Virus record (IMG/VR): IMGVR_UViG_3300026442_000101
Length of the DNA: 64,000 nucleotides
Reading direction: 5' to 3' (one strand)
Source of the DNA: a virus
Taxonomy: Duplodnaviria; Caudoviricetes
In this document: positions 58,736 to 64,000 of the stretch, in pieces
Numbering within the stretch: the first letter of the stretch is position 1
Layout of the letters: every line of letters begins with the position of its first letter
Program-made: the position numbers and the translations under genes
The notes under the pieces: generated by a model
The model's input: the letters and a program-made list of their open reading frames with translations, nothing else
The model's database searches: none
What the model was told of the DNA's origin: nothing

Positions 58736-58764
58736 ATAATGTGCTACTGTAGTATTTTACAATG
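58736..58764 (-). promoter_or_regulatory. Putative chimallin promoter CATTGTAAAATACTACAGTAGCACATTAT
   Basis: Near-identical to 48095-48123. Confidence 0.7.
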
Positions 58765-58910
58765 CACTTTTCCAAATAAGATGAGCAGAAACGCATACAC
58801 GGATTATAGGGGTCTAGTCGAGACCTGCGGGTTACGCAGGTCTTCGAGTATTTCTACATATAGTAGTGTTCTTGCGTAATTATTTACGAATTACGATCGG
58901 GACGACTCAA

Positions 58911-59999
58911 ATGGATCAGCTTCTAAACGCCACTGGTAGATTCGACCGGTCGCCGTTCCATTATGCAAGGATGGCGTATCTGAAGGCAAAGGCCGACGAG
59001 AACATGGGCCGCTATATAGAGACAAGGCGGGCAACTCCGGGCCGGGTGGACAGTAGCCACCTGCTTTCCAAGATCCTCCTCAACATCAACAGCAAGTTCG
59101 ATGGCGACTTGGTCCGCTACATGGTTAGTGTTGACCAGGAAGCTAAGCGAATGGTTTCATCTTTAGGCATGACGTCCAGTACCAGCAAGGGCGGCATCTT
59201 CAAAGAGAGCGTCTTCTATAGCTGCCCTGAGATCATCCTCTATTCGCGCAGTGAGAAGTACTCAGCGATGGATCTGTGGCGTGATTGGCGTTCGGTCACT
59301 CCCATTGAGGTGATCAGCCATCCTGTCACGGACATGACCATCTTCGAACTGGGCGCTAAGAACTCGGCTAGCCTGAGTGCGATGGATTTGTGTGTCATCA
59401 ACATCGACATCCCTCTGCTGGCAGCCCAATGGAAGATGTGGCAAGCTGCCAACCCAGGTCAGTTGGTCGAGCAGTTCCTCAGCACTGTCCCTCTGGTAGG
59501 GATGATGCGCAGCCATCTCAACGTCTGCATGTTCAACAAGCTACAGGTTAAGTTGGGTATCCGCAAGGCCGTACACGTCAAGACCAACACTACATTCATG
59601 CAAACTCCTCTGGACCGTCATGCCGATGAGGTCATTGAAGAGGTCTTCGATAAGGTCTCCAAGAAGAAGATGTCTGGCACCGAGATCATGGACAGTATCC
59701 CTGTGATCTACGGCGACACCTATCTGAAGGACGTGGCACTTCCTTCCATGACACCTACCAACCAAGTCCTTTGGGCGCTCTACGCTCAGAAGATGGAACC
59801 GGTGGCGGTCATGCTGGAGTTCGGTAAGCTGGCGGGTGACGATCAGATGGTCCATGAGATCACCCAAGTGAGGCGCAGCATCATCGAAGCTAAGTCCGAT
59901 AATATTCTCACCAACGGCTTGTCCAGCAGTGAGGCTACCTATCTGACCGAACGGTTCGATAACCTGGTGGTATCGCGTCTACCTGAACCGACAGCATAA
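58911..59999 (+). CDS. Conserved core protein between DNA polymerase and chimallin (gp52-like)
   Basis: 362 aa from ATG 58911; divergent from chimallin as in the conserved block. Confidence 0.65.
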   Translation: MDQLLNATGRFDRSPFHYARMAYLKAKADENMGRYIETRRATPGRVDSSHLLSKILLNINSKFDGDLVRYMVSVDQEAKRMVSSLGMTSSTSKGGIFKESVFYSCPEIILYSRSEKYSAMDLWRDWRSVTPIEVISHPVTDMTIFELGAKNSASLSAMDLCVINIDIPLLAAQWKMWQAANPGQLVEQFLSTVPLVGMMRSHLNVCMFNKLQVKLGIRKAVHVKTNTTFMQTPLDRHADEVIEEVFDKVSKKKMSGTEIMDSIPVIYGDTYLKDVALPSMTPTNQVLWALYAQKMEPVAVMLEFGKLAGDDQMVHEITQVRRSIIEAKSDNILTNGLSSSEATYLTERFDNLVVSRLPEPTA

Positions 60000-60002
60000 A
60001 CC

Positions 60003-60039
60003 TACAGCGCAGTGGCTCTCACCACTGCGCTGTATGCCG
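60003..60039. terminator. Bidirectional hairpin terminator
   Basis: 13-bp stem TACAGCGCAGTGG/CCACTGCGCTGTA (60003-60034); TATGCCG at 60033. Confidence 0.8.
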
Positions 60040-60044
60040 TACGA

Positions 60045-60386
60045 TTACGGAAGGATGTCTGCCATGACGTAGTGTTTGCAACGTTGGATGATCTGCTCGC
60101 GGGTGTCTTTCAGGACGTCCGCATCAACCAGAGCGTTCTCGATGTTCTCGATCGTCTGGAAGTCGTACCACCCGTTTTTGCGGGCTTCGTCAATGAACCC
60201 TTCCCAATCGATGACGATCTTCGCCCGATTGAGGATGGTGTCTACCGCGTTCTCGAGCGGTAAGCCGTGGGTAGCCTTCAGCTGGAACAGCTTGGCGCCG
60301 GGGTAGGCTACGGTGGTGGCTACGTATTCGCCATTGACGTAGACCTTGCCCTCGTTACGGTTGAATGTCTGATCGTCTTGCGTCAT
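60045..60386 (-). CDS. Small protein resembling a fragment of the alanyl-tRNA synthetase helical domain
   Basis: GAKLFQLKATHGLPLE...IDWEGFIDEARK parallels AlaRS G..AF.LYDTYGFPLD...VD.EGF. Confidence 0.6.
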   Translation of the reverse strand: MTQDDQTFNRNEGKVYVNGEYVATTVAYPGAKLFQLKATHGLPLENAVDTILNRAKIVIDWEGFIDEARKNGWYDFQTIENIENALVDADVLKDTREQIIQRCKHYVMADILP

Positions 60387-60589
60387 GACAAGTTCACCTC
60401 GAACGGAGTGAATTCGATGCTGATGATCTTGACATCAGGACCGATGATGTCGTCCAGTAGGGTAGCTACCCGCTCCTTGACGCAGAAGCCGAATGGGATC
60501 GGATAGCGGTGCTCGCGGCCCATCATCACACCCGTGTCCGGATGAGGTGATTGGAACTTACACGATACAGCGGAGTATTGAGGAATCAT
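60383..60589 (-). CDS. Hypothetical protein
   Basis: 68 aa, ATGA-coupled to both neighbours. Confidence 0.55.
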   Translation of the reverse strand: MIPQYSAVSCKFQSPHPDTGVMMGREHRYPIPFGFCVKERVATLLDDIIGPDVKIISIEFTPFEVNLS

Positions 60590-61980
60590 ACTTCGTACCC
60601 AAGGAAGTCGTAAATCAACCGATGGTTGTTACGATCGACGATGTTAAGCCCAGTCGATTCAAGGATCCGGTAGAAGCCGGTGTTGATCTGGTAGGCCAGT
60701 TTGCGGACGTTTGCAGCATCCTGAATCTCAGGCGGCAACCCATTACCCTTAATAGCCAGGGTGGGGAGGTACATGGTCTTCAGGTCTTTACGGTTGTACT
60801 TCGTCAGCCAGATTGCCATACGGCTAGCCAGCTCTTTATCTTCGATACCTTCCAGCCACTCGTTCAGCGCTGTCTTGTTGTTCAGCTCCGTAGTGACCTT
60901 CACGCATGGGTAAGGAGGTGCGATCGATTCGCCGTACTTCGGCCCGAACACTTCCTGCCACAGTTCGTGGTGAGGCATCTTGTTACTGTCAGGCTTGATC
61001 TGAGCTGAGCGCAGGTAGGTATACTCGCCCTTCTTGATCGACGTGATGGTACCCATCTCGTATTTAGCCACTTCTTCCAACAGGTCGCGAGCAAGCAACT
61101 TCTCGCCGCGGTCTACCGTGTGGAGGATGTTCTTCATCATGTCCGACTGGGCTTTCAGAACAGCCTTAGTCGAAGTAGAACCGCGCAGTTCAACACCCTT
61201 GATCTCCATGTCCAACTCTTCGTATACGTTACCTTCACGCATCGACATGGTGGAGAAGTAGTGCTTGGCAAGGTTAGTGAGTGCAAACTCAGGGAATGCG
61301 TACTCGTTCTTCATTGCCAGACGGAAGATCTGATCAGGTTCCACACCCACGTTAGCCGACAGCATCGCCAGAGAGTGCGCGATACATTGGCAGACCATGT
61401 AAGTGGCCAGATACCAGATGTTGTCTTCGGTCTTACCGCGTTTCAGGTTACCGGTGTACCACTTGACCCAGTACGCCGTGGTGAAGATCGAGGAGTCGGT
61501 GTCAGCTGCCAGACATACCCGGCGTTGGATAGACTTCAACGATGCCACGGTAGGCGGTAGGTGCTTAGGTGCAAACAGCGCGTTGATCAGCGTGTAGTAC
61601 TTCTTACGATTGGCGATGAACTTTGTCGCCATCTTGCCGATCTTCTGCCAACCTGCTGGGTCTTTCTCTTCAACCTCGTTAAGGGTCGTACCCATCAGAA
61701 CGTCAGCACACAGAGCACTCACGTAAGCCTTCTCTGTCGAGTCAAGGGTTTTGAGCAGAGCTTTGGTATCGACATCCGGCATGTCGGACAGGTCGCTATC
61801 AATGAACGAGCCCATCATCCCTTTGACCACATCAGGGTTCAGCTTGGCAACGTGGAACAAGTCGCCAGAGTAGCAGACAGTCGCACGCTCCAGTGGAGTC
61901 ATGCCTTGAATCATCGACAGGATCATGGTCGACTCTTCAGGGATCTGCCAGTACAGGTCAGACGACCGGTTCACCATCTT
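60586..61980 (-). CDS. Split family-B DNA polymerase, catalytic subunit (phiKZ gp50-like), 5'-truncated by chimeric join
   Basis: Motif C AADTDSSIF, MKNEY, KHY, IKGVEL; the listed N-terminus MKGSSKSIFGRTR is read from rRNA sequence. Confidence 0.85.
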   Translation of the reverse strand, partial: KMVNRSSDLYWQIPEESTMILSMIQGMTPLERATVCYSGDLFHVAKLNPDVVKGMMGSFIDSDLSDMPDVDTKALLKTLDSTEKAYVSALCADVLMGTTLNEVEEKDPAGWQKIGKMATKFIANRKKYYTLINALFAPKHLPPTVASLKSIQRRVCLAADTDSSIFTTAYWVKWYTGNLKRGKTEDNIWYLATYMVCQCIAHSLAMLSANVGVEPDQIFRLAMKNEYAFPEFALTNLAKHYFSTMSMREGNVYEELDMEIKGVELRGSTSTKAVLKAQSDMMKNILHTVDRGEKLLARDLLEEVAKYEMGTITSIKKGEYTYLRSAQIKPDSNKMPHHELWQEVFGPKYGESIAPPYPCVKVTTELNNKTALNEWLEGIEDKELASRMAIWLTKYNRKDLKTMYLPTLAIKGNGLPPEIQDAANVRKLAYQINTGFYRILESTGLNIVDRNNHRLIYDFLGYEV

Positions 61981-62290
61981 TCGGGTCCTACCAAATATGC
62001 TCTTACTCGAACCTTTCACAAAAGATCACGGTCGGTCGATGCTGCGGAGGATCGGCGTACCTCACCTCTTGGCACCTTATACTTCTTTTCATTAAGCCTA
62101 TGAGTTTTTTCACTCGCAAACTCGCCTATGTGATAGACTCCTTGGTCCGTGTTTCAAGACGGGTCAGTACAAGCCGTTGTGTCAGGACCTTTTTCCTCAG
62201 GCCAGTTAACTGTTTTGAAAGGAGATTCTACCGTAAGGCAGGGCTTTCTCCCAACTGACTCCAGCTAAATGAGACCTGGTCCTGACCTTT
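61969..62290 (-). rRNA. Eukaryotic 28S (LSU) rRNA fragment, D2-D3 region
   Basis: Contains LR3/NL4 primer sequence GGTCCGTGTTTCAAGACGG (62144-62162) and conserved GTTCACCATCTTTCGGGTCC (61969-61988); GTCAGGACC/GGTCCTGAC could close a short D2 helix. Confidence 0.88.
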
Positions 62291-62292
62291 AA

Positions 62293-63126
62293 AGCAGGGC
62301 CGCCATCAAAACGTTCTAATAACATCGATAAATAACGACGGTCTAAAGTATCTAAACCATCTTTATCAACATTTAACATATCCAATGCACGTTGTGACAT
62401 GTGTTGAGTGACTTCACCAGTACCTTTAACTTGTGCATAGTCACGGACACGACGTAACAAACGGTTAGCAATACGGGGAGTACCACGTGCACGACGAGCT
62501 ATTTCTTTTGCCCCATCTGCTGTTGTGGGAACATTCATTAATGTTGCTGAACGCGCCACAATATGAGTTAAATCTTCTACTGAATAAAACTCTAAACGTT
62601 GCACAATTCCAAAGCGATCACGCAAAGGTGAGGTGAGTAGACCTGCACGCGTTGTCGCAGCAACCAAGGTAAATGGTGGTAAGTCTAATTTTATCGAACG
62701 TGCACCAGGGCCTTCACCAATCATGATGTCGAGTTGGTAATCTTCCATCGCGGGATAAAGAATTTCTTCAATTACTGGAGAGAGGCGATGAATTTCATCG
62801 ATAAATAACACATCCCCTTCTTCAAGATTGGTCAGCATTGCAGCTAAATCACCTGCGCGTTCTAGGACAGGACCAGAGGTAGATTTAAGATTCCCCCCCA
62901 TTTCACGGGCAATAATATTGGCCAATGTGGTTTTACCTAAACCGGGTGGGCCAAAGATCAAGGTATGATCAAGTGCTTCACCACGACCACGAGCAGCACC
63001 AATGAAGATTTCCATTTGCTCTCGTACAACAGGTTGGCCTATATAATCATCCAAAGAGGTTGGACGAATGGCACGATCAAAATGATCTTCGGGTTTTTCA
63101 GCCCCACTGATTAAACGGTCTTGCAT
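62293..63126 (-). pseudogene. ruvB: Holliday junction helicase RuvB, 3'-truncated at join (Acinetobacter-like)
   Basis: [39 protein letters not shown]; homology stops at FDGGPA and the winged-helix end is missing. Truncation is probably artefactual. Confidence 0.9.
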
Positions 63127-63143
63127 GAGTGTCTTAATCTATC

Positions 63144-63746
63144 TTATTTATTCATGGATTTAAGTGCAGCACGGATAATGTCGCTTGCTTCAGTATAGTC
63201 TGCTTTCACGGCATTAATCAGTTTTTGTGCTTCCAAAGGTTTATAACCTAAAGATTGCAATGCCGCTTCAGCTTCAGCAACAGCAGAATTGCCCGTAAAT
63301 TGTATTTGAGTTGAAGTCGAATTACTCGGTGTGGTACCTGTAGCAAAGGCTTTAAAGCGATCACGCAGCTCGATCATTAAACGTTCGGCTGTTTTTGCAC
63401 CAACGCCAGGGACTTTAACTAAAGTTTTCACATCACCATTCTCAACAGTATGTACCAACATTTCCACACTCAGTGTAGAGAGAATGCCTAAAGCCATTTT
63501 AGGACCGACACCATTCACTTTTAGCAGGGTGCGAAAGATGGTTTTTTCTTGAGCGTTAGAGAAGCCATATAGCAATTGAGCATCTTCACGTACGGCTAAA
63601 TGTGTCCATAAGGTAACTTTTTGACCTTTTTGTAATTGGCAAAATGTTGAGAGTGGCGTGTCGATCTCATAACCTACGCCATTTACATTTAAAAGTACGG
63701 TAGGTGCTTCTAAAGCTAAGACTTCACCAATAAGACATCCGATCAT
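63144..63746 (-). CDS. ruvA: Holliday junction binding protein RuvA (Acinetobacter-like)
   Basis: MIGCLIGEV...VNGVGYEI...VREDAQLLYGF...VNGVGPKMAL...VPGVGAKTAER; AT-rich codon usage. Confidence 0.95.
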   Translation of the reverse strand: MIGCLIGEVLALEAPTVLLNVNGVGYEIDTPLSTFCQLQKGQKVTLWTHLAVREDAQLLYGFSNAQEKTIFRTLLKVNGVGPKMALGILSTLSVEMLVHTVENGDVKTLVKVPGVGAKTAERLMIELRDRFKAFATGTTPSNSTSTQIQFTGNSAVAEAEAALQSLGYKPLEAQKLINAVKADYTEASDIIRAALKSMNK

Positions 63747-63755
63747 TGAGTTTGT

Positions 63756-64000
63756 TCACTTATTTGTTAATGGTTGAATAGTAGATGCCATTTGCTCTAA
63801 ACGCAAAATTGCTTTAAGAATTTCTTTGCGATTTCGGGCAGATTTTATCCAAGCAGGTAAACGATTAAAATAGGTTTTATTGGTATTTAAATAAGTTCTT
63901 TGTCTAAGGTTTGCAGAAATATAATCTTTTAAACAGTTAATATGTTCTTGATTATAGGCAAAAACAAGTCCATTTCTTGTTGCTACACATAGTGTTAGGC
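63756..64000 (-). CDS. Conserved bacterial hypothetical protein, C-terminal part
   Basis: Hand translation: ...GLVFAYNQEHINCLKDYISANLRQRT...FNRLPAWIKSARNRKEILKAILRLEQ...NK*, TGA at 63756-63758. Confidence 0.6.
   Translation of the reverse strand, partial: LTLCVATRNGLVFAYNQEHINCLKDYISANLRQRTYLNTNKTYFNRLPAWIKSARNRKEILKAILRLEQMASTIQPLTNK

Noticed and set aside
1-61968. tRNA genes, major capsid, PhuZ, terminase
   Set aside because: No tRNA cloverleaf or such genes recognised by eye; presumably elsewhere in the genome, tRNAscan not run
61981-62019. Listed N-terminus of the 477-aa polymerase ORF
   Set aside because: Translated from the 28S rRNA fragment; the true 5' end is missing
62206-62292. 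C-terminal extension of RuvB ([11 protein letters not shown]...)
   Set aside because: Read-through into rRNA sequence past the join, not a RuvB variant
60586-64000. Integration of the phage as a prophage in Acinetobacter ruvB
   Set aside because: No att repeats or integrase, intervening eukaryotic rRNA, truncated essential polymerase, large GC mismatch; phiKZ-like phages are known as lytic

Overview
Bases 1 to ~61,980 are the core region of a nucleus-forming jumbo phage (phiKZ-like, Chimalliviridae), GC-rich by eye. It contains both halves of the split family-B DNA polymerase, chimallin, non-virion RNA polymerase subunits (beta' N-part with NADFDGD, beta C-part, beta' C-part, probable sigma-like subunit), a virion RNAP beta' subunit, SF2 helicase, Mre11/SbcD nuclease, probable PicA/Imp1 and ChmC/Imp6 homologues, baseplate/head genes and seven paralogous internal-head proteins with S-x-E protease sites. 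From ~61,969 the contig appears chimeric. The polymerase gene is cut and joined to ~320 bp of eukaryotic 28S rRNA (minus strand), which is joined to an AT-rich Acinetobacter-like segment (truncated ruvB, ruvA, partial hypothetical gene). Best leads: a candidate -1 frameshift at a T8 run that would fuse two tail-chaperone-like ORFs; Arg/Asp mixed-charge tails shared by three nucleus-block proteins; a bacterial SSB-type DDDIPF tip on the ChmC-like protein; a tandem GIY-YIG endonuclease whose RBS lies in a hairpin; and stand-alone LigA and AlaRS fragments. phiKZ gene-number equivalences come from synteny, size and recalled motifs, not database searches.
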